From the NCBI GenBank assembly GCA_034530615.2, contig JAVRCV020000041.1, positions 128,001 through 192,000 of the forward strand: DNA of 64,000 nt, in the 5' to 3' direction. A program made the translations under genes and the position numbers. This stretch comes from Aulosira sp. ZfuVER01 (GTDB lineage: Bacteria > Cyanobacteriota > Cyanobacteriia > Cyanobacteriales > Nostocaceae). The notes under the pieces were generated by a model. That model worked only from the letters and a program-made list of their open reading frames with translations, searched no databases and was not told the DNA's origin. Within the stretch, counting starts at the first letter, position 1, and every line of letters starts with the position of its first letter. This document shows, in pieces, positions 32,245 to 42,491 of this stretch.

Positions 32245-35241
32245 ATGACTCAGCTTTCTCCCAGCCACCATGAAATATCCCCAGAAAAAATACTTCTGGA
32301 AACCGAGAGTGATGAAATCCTAAAGCAAGAATTGATCGCTCTCCGGCAGAGAGTGGCGCAGTTAGAGCAAGAGTTGGCAAGCAGGCGACAGTCACAATTG
32401 TTTGAGCAACAGACAAATCCAGATGAAGCTGAGAAATTCTTAAAGCAAGCAAGGGAAGAACGCCAAGCTTTGATGACAATTCTAGAAGCCAGCGCTGATT
32501 TCATTGGTATTGCATCAATGGAGGGAAAACCTTTCTACCTCAACCCAGCAGGAATGAAGTTGGTTGGACTCAAAGATATAGAGGAAACAAAGACCATACA
32601 TATCAGTGAATTGATAGTACATGAAGATCGGGAACTATTCCATCAAAGCATTTTACCAACTGCGATTCAGGAGGGTTATTGGCAAAGTGAATTTCGGTTG
32701 CGCCATCTCATTACTGGAGAGTCGATTCCAATTGACTATACCCTGTTTGTTGTCAAAGATCCCCTCACAAACCAGCCTATTGGTTTAGCAACCATTAGCC
32801 GGGATATTCGCGATCGCAAATGTACCGAACAGCGTCTTTTAGAACAAGCACAGTTGTTACAAAGTGTTTGGGAAGGTGTAGATTACGGCATCGTTGTGTT
32901 GGATGTTTTGGATGATGGTGCAGAGTTCCGTTTTGTCGATTACAATCCAGCGATGGCTCGTACCAGCCCTGTGCCGATGAAAAGTCTCTTGGGCAAAACT
33001 TTGACAGAATTTTTCGCACAAGATATGGCAGACCTCTACCGTCAACGCTACGCTGCGGCTGTCTACTCTGGCAAGACTAACTTTTTTGAAGAGCATTTCT
33101 GTGCCAACGGTCAAGAAACTTGGTGGTCTTTAAGTGTCACACCCCTAAGAGATGCTAGTTCGCGCATCCATCAAATTGTCATCACCGCAACAGACATTAC
33201 AGAACGCAAACAAGCCGAAAGCTCACTGGAACAACAAGAAATCCTTTACCGCAGGATTTTTGAAAATGTCAGCGATGGTATCAACATTCTCGACTTGGAA
33301 ACGGGAGAACTTGTTGCAGCTAATCCTGCTGCTTGTCAGATGCATGGCTATTCTCAGGAAGAATTTATGAGACTTCAGCCTCCAGAATTTATTCATCCAG
33401 ATAGTCTGCCCAAGTTTGCAGAGTTTATTCGCAAAATTCAAGCAAATAGTAAATTTCACGATCGCGCAGTAGACGTGCGTAAAGATGGCACGCTGATTGA
33501 TGTTGAGGTGACAGCAACTCCTTGCTTTCTCAACAATAAAATCCATGCATTAGCGGTACTTCGAGATATTAGCGAACGCCAACGTGCCGAAGCTGCGCTG
33601 GCCGAAAGCGAAGCTAAGTTTCGCAACCTTGTAGAAGGTGCTAACGATATGCTGTGGATTTGCACGCTGGATGGAGTTCTTACCTATCTCTCCCCACAAT
33701 TTCAAGTCATGTTTGGGTACAAATCATCCGACTGGCTAGGACAATCTCTGGTACCTTTGGTTCATCCAGATGATTTAGCAACAGCAATAGCGTTGTTCCA
33801 TCAAGTTCTAGAGACTGGTGAGAAAGGAGCAGGAGTAGAATTTCGGCACAAATGCCTAGATGAAAGCTGGCGGTGGGTCAATTCTAATGCTTCCCCTGTT
33901 AAGAATGCTGAGGGGCAAATAATCGGCTTTCAGGGAATTATGCGAGACATTAGCGATCGCAAACAAATAGAAACCATCCTTGCCGAAAGTGAGTGTAAAT
34001 TCCGTCGGTTTGTGGAAGATGCCAATGATGTGATTTGGTCGTCTCAATTAGATAGTACTCTCACTTATATTTCTCCCAAGTTTCAGGATATTTTTGGCTA
34101 TGAAGTTTCTGAATGGTTAAATCGCTCGTTTGTACCTTTGATTCACCCTGACGATTTAACCCATGTTATGGAATTTCTCAACCAAATTATTGAAACAGGA
34201 GAAAGTGGTGCAGGCACGGAGTTTCGCCATCCGAAAAAAGATGGAACTTGGGGATGGGTGGCATCGAACGCCTCACCAATCAAAGACGCTGATGGAAAAG
34301 TTATCGGATTGCAGGGCATTTTACGGGATCTGAGCGATCGCAAACAAGCGGAAATTGAACTCCAGCAAAAAACTAAGGAACTAGAGCAAACTCTACAAGA
34401 ACTCAAACAAACCCAACTCCAAATGATCCAAAGCGAAAAAATGTCCAGTTTGGGTCAAATGGTGGCAGGTGTTGCCCATGAAATCAATAACCCAGTTAAC
34501 TTTATTCACGGCAATCTCACCCATATTGGTGAATATACTCAAGACTTGTTAAAGTTGGTGAAACTTTATCAGTATCACTATCCTCAGCCACCACAAGAAA
34601 TTGTAGATGAAATTGAGTTGATCGATTTGGAATTTCTCATCGAAGACTTAACTAAAGCCCTCCACTCTATGCGCTTAGGTACTAAAAGAATTCGAGAAAT
34701 TGTGCTTTCGTTGCGTAACTTCTCACGCCTGGACGAAGCCGAAGTTAAAGATGTCAATATCCACGATGGCATCGATAGCACCATTACTATCTTGCATAAC
34801 CGTTTGAAAGCACATTCAGAACGGCCAGAGATTCAAATTATCAAAGAATATGGCAACTTGCCGCTGGTAGAATGCCATGCGGGACAACTGAATCAAGTGT
34901 TTATGAACATCATCAGTAATGCAATTGATGCACTTGAGGAATACAATCGGCAGCAATCCAACACAAGTATTATCTCAATTCAGACAAAAGTAATCCAGAA
35001 CAACTGGGTGCGAATTTGTATCGCTGACAATGGCCCGGGGATAAAAGAAGAAGTTCGCCAACGTTTGTTCGATCCCTTCTTTACCACAAAGCCAGTCGGT
35101 AAAGGTACTGGCTTGGGTTTATCTATCAGCTATCAAATCGTCACAGAGAAGCATGGTGGTAAGTTATGGTGTGAATCTATACTCGGTCAGGGAACAAAAT
35201 TTATCATTGAAATTCCCATAATTTTTACACACTTGAAATAG
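32245..35241 (+). CDS. Cytoplasmic multi-PAS (about 5) sensor histidine kinase
   Basis: Repeated PAS/PAC units ending D(I/L)(T/S/R)(E/D)RK; AHEINNP; DPFFTTK, GTGLGL. ATG 32245 preferred over TTG 32128. Confidence 0.92.
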   Translation: MTQLSPSHHEISPEKILLETESDEILKQELIALRQRVAQLEQELASRRQSQLFEQQTNPDEAEKFLKQAREERQALMTILEASADFIGIASMEGKPFYLNPAGMKLVGLKDIEETKTIHISELIVHEDRELFHQSILPTAIQEGYWQSEFRLRHLITGESIPIDYTLFVVKDPLTNQPIGLATISRDIRDRKCTEQRLLEQAQLLQSVWEGVDYGIVVLDVLDDGAEFRFVDYNPAMARTSPVPMKSLLGKTLTEFFAQDMADLYRQRYAAAVYSGKTNFFEEHFCANGQETWWSLSVTPLRDASSRIHQIVITATDITERKQAESSLEQQEILYRRIFENVSDGINILDLETGELVAANPAACQMHGYSQEEFMRLQPPEFIHPDSLPKFAEFIRKIQANSKFHDRAVDVRKDGTLIDVEVTATPCFLNNKIHALAVLRDISERQRAEAALAESEAKFRNLVEGANDMLWICTLDGVLTYLSPQFQVMFGYKSSDWLGQSLVPLVHPDDLATAIALFHQVLETGEKGAGVEFRHKCLDESWRWVNSNASPVKNAEGQIIGFQGIMRDISDRKQIETILAESECKFRRFVEDANDVIWSSQLDSTLTYISPKFQDIFGYEVSEWLNRSFVPLIHPDDLTHVMEFLNQIIETGESGAGTEFRHPKKDGTWGWVASNASPIKDADGKVIGLQGILRDLSDRKQAEIELQQKTKELEQTLQELKQTQLQMIQSEKMSSLGQMVAGVAHEINNPVNFIHGNLTHIGEYTQDLLKLVKLYQYHYPQPPQEIVDEIELIDLEFLIEDLTKALHSMRLGTKRIREIVLSLRNFSRLDEAEVKDVNIHDGIDSTITILHNRLKAHSERPEIQIIKEYGNLPLVECHAGQLNQVFMNIISNAIDALEEYNRQQSNTSIISIQTKVIQNNWVRICIADNGPGIKEEVRQRLFDPFFTTKPVGKGTGLGLSISYQIVTEKHGGKLWCESILGQGTKFIIEIPIIFTHLK

Positions 35242-35291
35242 TTATTTATCAAAAGTCAAAAGTCCAGAGTCGTTCTTACCCTTCTGTCTTC

Positions 35292-36671
35292 TTAGACAGA
35301 GTACTCTTTGATACGCGGCATTAGCCCGAATAAACTTAAAAGCGCGATCGCACTCACTGCAATTGAAGTTGTCATCTCAAAATTGTCTACATCGTGAAAG
35401 CCTTGCTGAATTGCCTTGTCGAAAGCTGCTTGGTTAATATCGAAACTCTTTTGATTAGTCGTTTTGAACTGCTCAAACGCCCAATCTGACTGTCCGGGTT
35501 TGTTACCTATGCATAAAGCGATCGCTTCTTGATGTTTGCCACTTTTCTCTAACTGACGAATTTGTTTATCGATATCAATATAGGTTCCCAAGCTGGAGAG
35601 ATTTGCCAGTGTCGCTTCTTTTTCACCTGCAAAAGTAATATTGTTGAGTTCCTCAGCCAAGTAACCTGTGAACCCATCTAGTTTGTTACCCTGAACTTTA
35701 TATGCTTCTGCTACTGACTTAAAGGTGTATCCATTAGGTAGTTGGGCAATTTGAGCTACATTTTGGAAAAAAGCTTGTTCGCGATCGCTAGCAAAAGCTG
35801 GGTCGAGCAAATAGCGACTTTTAGCAGCATTGGCAATATAGGCGATCGCCCTAGCTTGGCGTAATGCGTGCATAGAAGTAAAAGCATCTTCTTTCGCCAC
35901 TCGCAGATGTTGGGAAGCAGCAAGTAATGCCCCGACGGTGTAATTTAAAAAGCCAATAGCGATCGCGGTTGCTATCAACAACGCCGGATTAAAGGTGCGG
36001 CGCATCCGTTGGCTGAGAAATAGCTGAAGTCCAACCAGTACAAAGATCAGTGCAATACTGATTAGGAAAATGGAAAATATAGAGTTTCTCGTTGTAACTT
36101 GTTTGTGATTATAGGTATCTTCTAAAGCTTGCAGATTTACCTTGTCTAGTTCATCGGCTGCGGGTAGCAGTGTTTTATCCATGATTTCCGCAGCTGCGCG
36201 ATAAGCGACCAACATAGAATTAGTATCACTACGTGCGTGAGAGTCTCGTGCTTGCTGGATTTTGGTTAAGTAATTGCCTAACGCCAGTTGCATAGCCTCA
36301 ATCGGTTTGCGTTCTTTATCTCCAAAGGTGATATTTTCAGCAGCAGCCACCAGCCTTTCAGTAACTTTTGAATATCGCTCTTCATAACCCTGAACAGCAT
36401 CTTGGTTTTGCCCCGTTGGCACTAGCAATTCGTTAGCGAGATTAGCATCCATACCTGCAAGCCCATCTTTCAGGCGTTGAGCAGTAACGATACTTGGTGT
36501 TGAGTCTTGCCCAACAGTTTTGATGGCCTGTCTCTGGGATTGAACTCCGCTAATAATAGTAATTAAAAGTAAGACACTGGTTGCCCAGGTTAAATATAAA
36601 CCACCCTTGAGCAATTGCGGAGTCGTGAGTCCGCGAATAGCTTTGCTTGAGACTGTGATAATTTTACTCAT
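35292..36671 (-). CDS. GlnX-like 4-TM membrane protein with two large helical extracytoplasmic regions
   Basis: TM-loop-TM-TM-loop-TM topology; C-terminal GLMPRIKEY resembles actinobacterial GlnX as recalled; operon with the PknG-like kinase. Confidence 0.7.
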   Translation of the reverse strand: MSKIITVSSKAIRGLTTPQLLKGGLYLTWATSVLLLITIISGVQSQRQAIKTVGQDSTPSIVTAQRLKDGLAGMDANLANELLVPTGQNQDAVQGYEERYSKVTERLVAAAENITFGDKERKPIEAMQLALGNYLTKIQQARDSHARSDTNSMLVAYRAAAEIMDKTLLPAADELDKVNLQALEDTYNHKQVTTRNSIFSIFLISIALIFVLVGLQLFLSQRMRRTFNPALLIATAIAIGFLNYTVGALLAASQHLRVAKEDAFTSMHALRQARAIAYIANAAKSRYLLDPAFASDREQAFFQNVAQIAQLPNGYTFKSVAEAYKVQGNKLDGFTGYLAEELNNITFAGEKEATLANLSSLGTYIDIDKQIRQLEKSGKHQEAIALCIGNKPGQSDWAFEQFKTTNQKSFDINQAAFDKAIQQGFHDVDNFEMTTSIAVSAIALLSLFGLMPRIKEYSV

Positions 36672-36810
36672 TTGTCATTTGTCATTTGTCATTTGTTATT
36701 TGTCATTTGTCATTTGTCATTTGTTCTTCTTCCCCTCATCTCCTCCTTGTCTCCTTGTCCTCCTTGTCCCCCTTGTCTCCCCACACTTCCCACACTCCCC
36801 ACACTCCCAT
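36670..36810. repeat. STRR-type heptamer tract (ATTTGTC)n plus 9-mer tracts (TCCTTGTCY, TCCCCACAC)
   Basis: Directly visible tandem units filling the intergenic gap. Confidence 0.9.
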
Positions 36811-36817
36811 ATCTCTC

Positions 36818-37474
36818 TCATCGAATAGCTTCGATCGCAATCCTTGTCCAATGTCCTAAAGTAAATTCATCTCCATCTTGTAGAGGAATATCTACCATTG
36901 GCTTTAACTCCACGCCTTTAAATTGTGTGCCGTTGGAAGAGCCAATATCGCGCAGCGTGAATGTACCATCTGCTTGACGGTTTAATAAAGCATGGCGGTG
37001 AGATACAGCATCATCAAAATCTAGTGCAATTTCTGGGTCAATTGCCCGGACTTGGCTATTGCGACCGATCAGGTTAGTTGCCTTTTCTAAAGGAAATATC
37101 ATCGGTGCTCGATCGATTGGGGGTTCGGGGCTTTCGGGATGACGCAGAGATGGGTCGATTGTCACCACCAACTGCCAACCTATAGGGGGAGACGCGGAGA
37201 CAGAACTTTGTTTTTGTGTTACCTTCTCTTCTTGTTTTGGGGTTTTGGCGATCGCTAATTCGCCATGTGCCTTAGTAACAAAGTTGTAACCACAAATTTC
37301 ACAATAGACACCGCTATCGGTTTCGTGGGGCGCACTGCAATCTGGGCAGGTTTCAAAATTGGTTGTATTCTGAGCTATGGTTTGTTCAGATATACCGAGA
37401 ATTTTGGCTCCACAGTCCGAACAAAAATCTGATTCGGTTGATTCGTGTCCTTTAGGACATTTATATGTAGACAT
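36818..37474 (-). CDS. Zinc-ribbon + FHA domain protein
   Basis: CPKGH..CSDC and CPDC..CEIC; FHA motifs IGR, VSHRHA, SSNGT. Confidence 0.9.
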   Translation of the reverse strand: MSTYKCPKGHESTESDFCSDCGAKILGISEQTIAQNTTNFETCPDCSAPHETDSGVYCEICGYNFVTKAHGELAIAKTPKQEEKVTQKQSSVSASPPIGWQLVVTIDPSLRHPESPEPPIDRAPMIFPLEKATNLIGRNSQVRAIDPEIALDFDDAVSHRHALLNRQADGTFTLRDIGSSNGTQFKGVELKPMVDIPLQDGDEFTLGHWTRIAIEAIR

Positions 37475-37546
37475 AATTGCTTTGTTCTTTGTTGTTTGTC
37501 ATGTGTCTTTTGTTTTTACAAACCACCAATGACTAATGACAAATCA

Positions 37547-38830
37547 CTAATTTGGAGATTTAGGAATCCGAGTAGTTTTAGTAGAACGAGTTTCTAATGC
37601 CATTGCATCTTCCTTTGCTATTTCTCGTTTGAGCCGTACTGTACCTGTAGGCGCATCCTGAACATCAACCACAGTTTTAAGTAGTTTGGCTGTGGCTTCG
37701 TTACCAGATTCATGCGCTAATTTCACTGCTTTGCCCAATTTAGCAGTAGCCGCTTCAATATCACCCCTAGCACGGGCTTCTAATCCTTCTTGAATTGACT
37801 GAGCTAGTTCTGCTTGTCCTGTGTAGTGAGCAACCCGGTTATTAATTTTGGTAGATTTGGCGTCATCATCTGTCCAAGTTGCCAAAATCCGGGCTTCTGC
37901 AACTTTGGTTTCCGTACCGTTGAGAGCGTACACTAAGCTGGCTCGACCTGCTAACATTTCATCACCAACATTACCGGGATTGACTTCGATGCAGAAGTGG
38001 TAATCGCGGGACTCATTGCTACCCCAAGCACCAGTAGGGTAATCCAAAATCTGCGGTTTGACGGATTTAGCACGGTGGGTAAGGTCAACAATATCGGGAC
38101 TTACTTGTTTGCAGAAGAGTACTTTTGCTCCTTGGGGTGTCCACAAACGCAAGGTGACATCGCTGAGATCCTTACTCATGGCTTTTTCTAAAATTGCGCG
38201 AAAATCCACTTCAATCATCGCTGCATTGGGAATGATATCAGTTGTACCGAGGAGTTTGCCTGCAATTTGTTGGAGTTGGGCGACTCGCCAATCAGTACCA
38301 ACACCCCGGCAATCACACTGAAACACACCTTCACACTGCTGTAAAATCTTTTTCAGTGCTTGCTCATCGGAATCGTCGTTCATGCCATCAGTGAGCAGTA
38401 ATGCTTGTCTAACAGCGTCGGGTTTCTTTTTGAACTGTGCCAGCGCTTCAGTGAGCCAGGTAGACATGAGAGTGCCACCATTAGCCACGATTTTTTTAAT
38501 TGCGGCGATCGCCTGCTCTTTCTTTTCAGGTATAGCTTTAGATACGGGGAAAACTACGCTAGCCTTACTTGAGCCAGTCACAATAAAGAAGTAAGCATCC
38601 TCTGGTAGCAAACTCACAACTTTTTCCATTGCATCCTTAGCAGCGTGAATCTTACCACCACCCATTGAACCGGAGACATCACAGATAATCCCAAATAGTC
38701 TGCCGTTGTGGGGAGTGGCGGGTACTCCATCACCTTTTTCCACGCTGACAGTCATGATGGCATGAACTTCTTTGGCACCTTGGTGTAAATATTGGTTTTG
38801 GAAAACTTCGGCTTTAAATTGGTTAGACAT
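37547..38830 (-). CDS. VWA-domain protein
   Basis: MIDAS DVSGSM, GGT, LLTDG. ATG at 38830; the upstream ORF extension is repeat sequence. Confidence 0.9.
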   Translation of the reverse strand: MSNQFKAEVFQNQYLHQGAKEVHAIMTVSVEKGDGVPATPHNGRLFGIICDVSGSMGGGKIHAAKDAMEKVVSLLPEDAYFFIVTGSSKASVVFPVSKAIPEKKEQAIAAIKKIVANGGTLMSTWLTEALAQFKKKPDAVRQALLLTDGMNDDSDEQALKKILQQCEGVFQCDCRGVGTDWRVAQLQQIAGKLLGTTDIIPNAAMIEVDFRAILEKAMSKDLSDVTLRLWTPQGAKVLFCKQVSPDIVDLTHRAKSVKPQILDYPTGAWGSNESRDYHFCIEVNPGNVGDEMLAGRASLVYALNGTETKVAEARILATWTDDDAKSTKINNRVAHYTGQAELAQSIQEGLEARARGDIEAATAKLGKAVKLAHESGNEATAKLLKTVVDVQDAPTGTVRLKREIAKEDAMALETRSTKTTRIPKSPN

Positions 38831-38904
38831 ATTAGGGTATTGGGAATGGGGCATTGGGCATTGGGCATTGGATGAGGGAATAGTCCATCTGCCATCTGCC
38901 TTGT

Positions 38905-39864
38905 TCATAAAGCGAGAATTGCTACGGTAATGTTGTCATGTCCGCCGCTTTGGCGGGCAAACTCCACCAAGTTACGAGAGACACTAATTGCATCTTTACT
39001 GGATGATTGCTGGATTAATTTAGCCAACTGCCAAGGTTCAGGGGTATAGTTCCATAACCCATCAGTACACAAAAGCAGGTATCCTGAACCGGGAATCGTA
39101 AAGTTCACAATTGAGGGGATAGCATCTGCAACTGCATCTGCTCCTAACCAGCGAGTAATTGCATGAGCTTTGGGAGATTGTCTAGCTTCAGCTTCAGTCA
39201 TTTCTCCTGCTGCTACTACTTCATATAACCAGGAATCATCCTGAGTTAACTGTTGGGTAGCGTTGGCAGAAATCCAGTAAGCGCGGCTGTCACCCAGCCA
39301 ACCAATAGTAGCGGTATGATTATGTACAATAGCAGCAACAATAGTAGTTGATGGTGGATCGGAATTTACACTAGATACATAAGGAATTTTACATACAGAG
39401 TTGAGAGCAGCGACAAAGGCAGATTGAATCGCTAACTCTGGTTTCTCTTTTGTTTGCCAAACAGTCGCTAGTTCTAAAGATGCAGTTTCAGCAGCAGTGC
39501 GGGCTGCTAGATCGGGTTGCTCGGCACTGGAAACGCCATCACAAACTACGAGAATATTTACCTGAGAGTTATTGATCTGTTGGAGAGCGAAAAAATCTTC
39601 ATTGCGGTGATGTCGAAAACCGCGATCGCTCGCTCCTGCTAACTGTGAATTAATTATTACTTCTAGATAATCTCGCTCCTTGAGTTCTCTACGAAATCCG
39701 CAATTAGTACAGTAGCCTTCTATATCAATTGCTTCAATTCCTGCACCGCATTTTTCACAGCCTTGTGTAGCTGTTGGCGGTTTACTTGCGGTCAAAGGTG
39801 TACCGCATTCTTCACAAAAACGATCGCCTGCTAAGATAGATGCACCGCAACTCAAACATTGCAT
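38905..39864 (-). CDS. Zinc-ribbon + PP2C Ser/Thr phosphatase
   Basis: Four CxxC motifs; RNED, VCDGV, GDSRAY, CTDGL, GGHDNIT. Confidence 0.92.
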   Translation of the reverse strand: MQCLSCGASILAGDRFCEECGTPLTASKPPTATQGCEKCGAGIEAIDIEGYCTNCGFRRELKERDYLEVIINSQLAGASDRGFRHHRNEDFFALQQINNSQVNILVVCDGVSSAEQPDLAARTAAETASLELATVWQTKEKPELAIQSAFVAALNSVCKIPYVSSVNSDPPSTTIVAAIVHNHTATIGWLGDSRAYWISANATQQLTQDDSWLYEVVAAGEMTEAEARQSPKAHAITRWLGADAVADAIPSIVNFTIPGSGYLLLCTDGLWNYTPEPWQLAKLIQQSSSKDAISVSRNLVEFARQSGGHDNITVAILAL

Positions 39865-39883
39865 AAATATCTCCTCACCACAC

Positions 39884-42064
39884 TTAAATCAAAGTTCTCG
39901 GACGTATTCTATTTGCCTCATCAACTAAGTGAATTTTTTCTTTACCAGTTGCTAGATGGGCCATATCCCGCAAAGCTTTTTCTAGCCCTTTTCTCAGATG
40001 TACTTCTTGCAATGGTTGTCCTAGAATCTTCAAATTGTTAGCAGCTTGTAGTTGCTTGGAAGTTAGTAAATTCAAAGTTGTTTCTAATACTTGTTGAGTT
40101 AGCCGATGGCGATCCATACCTTCCAAGGTGAGTGTTTCAATGGCTGCGGAAGCTGTTTGCAATTCTTGGAAACTGGGAACAGAACGATCGCGGTTAATTA
40201 AAGTCCGGGCAATTTCGACTCGCGATCGCGTAAATAAACTAGAGGCTGGCGGTACACGTTCTAATGCTTCTACTGCACCTTTGCGATCGCCAGTTGCAGC
40301 TAGACAACGCGCTAAACCAAAGGCTGCTGTTACATAACTGAGATCGGTACGCGATACCAAATCGTACATTTTAACTGCTAGTTGATAATTTCGCGCCTGT
40401 TCTGCGGCTAACCCCAGCGCTAGTTTGGGTGCTAACTCTCCTGGTAAGTCAAAATAAACTTGATCGAAAGCTTTTTGAGCTTCTTCGGCTTTATTCTGCG
40501 CCATCAAAGCACGCCCTCGATACCAAAAAATTCGCCAGTCCCAAGGGTCTTTTTCTTCGACTTTTGCTAAAGATTGCTCTGCTTCTTCATAATCAAATGC
40601 ATCAATCAAGGTATTTGCTAATCGCAATAATGCTTCTCTAGAATTAGGAAATTGCTTAACGACTACATCTAAACTTACAGCTCGCTTGACTGGATCGGCG
40701 ATCGCACTGGCGTTAATCACTGCATTCAAAGCAGAATCGCTAGAATCTAATATTGGTAAAGGTAATTGTTGATATTCAGGTTTAATAGGTTCAAAGCTAC
40801 CACTATAAGTCATAGCCAACATATCTCCACCCAACAAATTGCTGGAAGCTGGACGAGGTACATTAGTTTCAACAGCGACAACTTCCCTCAACACACCCAA
40901 TAACTGATCTGCCATTTCATCGGCTGATTGAAACCGATCGTCGGGATTTTCCGCAGTTGCTTTAATTAGGAAGCGATAAAGAGATTCTTGGCCAGCAAAT
41001 AGCGGTTCTTCTTGAGGACTGGGTAATGTATAAAGATGTTCTTTACTAAAGCCTTTAATATCAGTTAGCAGTACTGCCAAAGTTCTCCCAACAGTAAATA
41101 AATCAGAAACGACTGTCGGGCCTTCACCTGCTTCTGGGGCACTATAACCTACTGTGCCGTAAATATCGCCATCTAAGTCGTCTATGCGGCGGACACCACC
41201 TAAGTCAATTAGTTTGACATCGCCGCCTTCGACCATAATATTGTCTGGTTTGAAGTCGCAATATACCATTCCTAAGGAATGCAAATAAGCAAATGCACTA
41301 AGAATACGGTGAATATAAGCGATCGCTTCTGGTACTGGTAAAGGCCCCCGACTTTTGCGAATTTCCCTGAGGGTTTTACCGCCGACATATTCCATGACAA
41401 TAAAACCCTCAGTACCGTGGTTGACAAAGTTGTAAATTCCCACGATATTGGCGTGTTTTACTGCTGCGAGGAACTGTCTTTCAGCCACAGCCACCGCCGC
41501 ACTAGCTGCATCTTCAGTATTCAGTAGTCCCTTTAAAACAACATAGCGAGATAGAGTTTTATCAAAGCCTAAATAAATCCAACCTAAACCACCATAAGCG
41601 ATCGCTCCTTTAACTTCGTATTGCCCGACAACCACATCACCAGGATTCAGACTCGGAATAAACGAATACTTCTGTCCGCACTTGCTACAAAATCCCTTTT
41701 CTCGCCGCAAAGGATTATTGCAATTACTACAAAAGCGCTTATTCTCCGGCACCATTGGGTTAGGAATAATCGCTTTTTCCGGCTCAGTTGAAGGTAATTC
41801 TGGTACAGAGATTAACCCTGCTCCCAATTGTCTGCGGCTACTACGAGCAGAAGTGCTACTAGTACGCCGCGAACCTTTGGAACGGTTGGTTAACGGTGAG
41901 GAACCCGTACCCGTAGTCACTGGAGAACTTCTAGCTGTAATAGTTGCGCTTTGCTTCTGGCTGCTGACATTTTGAGATTTCACCGCCGCCAACCCGCAGA
42001 CATTACAATAGCCATCTTCAATAATGCCAGTACATCCATTTCGCGTGCAGCGATCGCTGTTCAT
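39884..42064 (-). CDS. PknG-like Ser/Thr kinase (rubredoxin-like CxxC pair, kinase, TPR)
   Basis: CSNC..CSKC, QYEVKGAIAYGGLGWIYL, VVLKGLL, YCDFKPDN, IDLG, YGTVGYSAPE, PGELAPKLAL, C-terminal LVDEANRIRP. Confidence 0.88.
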   Translation of the reverse strand: MNSDRCTRNGCTGIIEDGYCNVCGLAAVKSQNVSSQKQSATITARSSPVTTGTGSSPLTNRSKGSRRTSSTSARSSRRQLGAGLISVPELPSTEPEKAIIPNPMVPENKRFCSNCNNPLRREKGFCSKCGQKYSFIPSLNPGDVVVGQYEVKGAIAYGGLGWIYLGFDKTLSRYVVLKGLLNTEDAASAAVAVAERQFLAAVKHANIVGIYNFVNHGTEGFIVMEYVGGKTLREIRKSRGPLPVPEAIAYIHRILSAFAYLHSLGMVYCDFKPDNIMVEGGDVKLIDLGGVRRIDDLDGDIYGTVGYSAPEAGEGPTVVSDLFTVGRTLAVLLTDIKGFSKEHLYTLPSPQEEPLFAGQESLYRFLIKATAENPDDRFQSADEMADQLLGVLREVVAVETNVPRPASSNLLGGDMLAMTYSGSFEPIKPEYQQLPLPILDSSDSALNAVINASAIADPVKRAVSLDVVVKQFPNSREALLRLANTLIDAFDYEEAEQSLAKVEEKDPWDWRIFWYRGRALMAQNKAEEAQKAFDQVYFDLPGELAPKLALGLAAEQARNYQLAVKMYDLVSRTDLSYVTAAFGLARCLAATGDRKGAVEALERVPPASSLFTRSRVEIARTLINRDRSVPSFQELQTASAAIETLTLEGMDRHRLTQQVLETTLNLLTSKQLQAANNLKILGQPLQEVHLRKGLEKALRDMAHLATGKEKIHLVDEANRIRPRTLI

Positions 42065-42130
42065 TTAAATCTCCTGATTGGTAATTGGGCATGGGGCATG
42101 GGGAAAGAGTCAAACTCGAAATTTTGGTTT

Positions 42131-42395
42131 CAAACGTGCAAGTTTCGGGTTCAAAGGCGCAACTTCGAGCATAAAAGGCGCAACTTCGAGGCTAAAAGGC
42201 TCAACTCTCAACCTCAAAGGCTCAACTCTCAACCTCAAAGGCTCAACCCTCAACCTCAAAGGCTCAACCCTCAACCTCAAAGGCTCAACTTTCAGCCTCA
42301 AAGGCTCAACTTTCAGCCTCAAAGGCTCAACCTTCAACCTCAAAGGCTCAACCTTCAGCCTCAAAGGCTCATCATCCAACCTCAAAGGCTCAACA
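42131..42395. repeat. 21-bp tandem array, consensus CAAAGGCTCAACYYTCARCCT, 12 full copies plus a partial
   Basis: Units in exact 21-bp register from 42131; the left three are degenerate; no spacers. Confidence 0.95.
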
Positions 42396-42491
42396 GCTAT
42401 CATAAATTCACCACCTTGTTTGTCAACCTTGTCACCCTCAACCCCCGGTTGGTGAGCGAAGTCGAACCACATCCCCACCATGCCCTATGCC

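Noticed and set aside
36607..36977. ORFs with ICHLSFV repeats
   Set aside because: Translations of heptamer and 9-mer STRR tracts.
42131..42395. 21-bp array as a CRISPR array
   Set aside because: Units are contiguous with no unique spacers, and there are no cas genes in the window.
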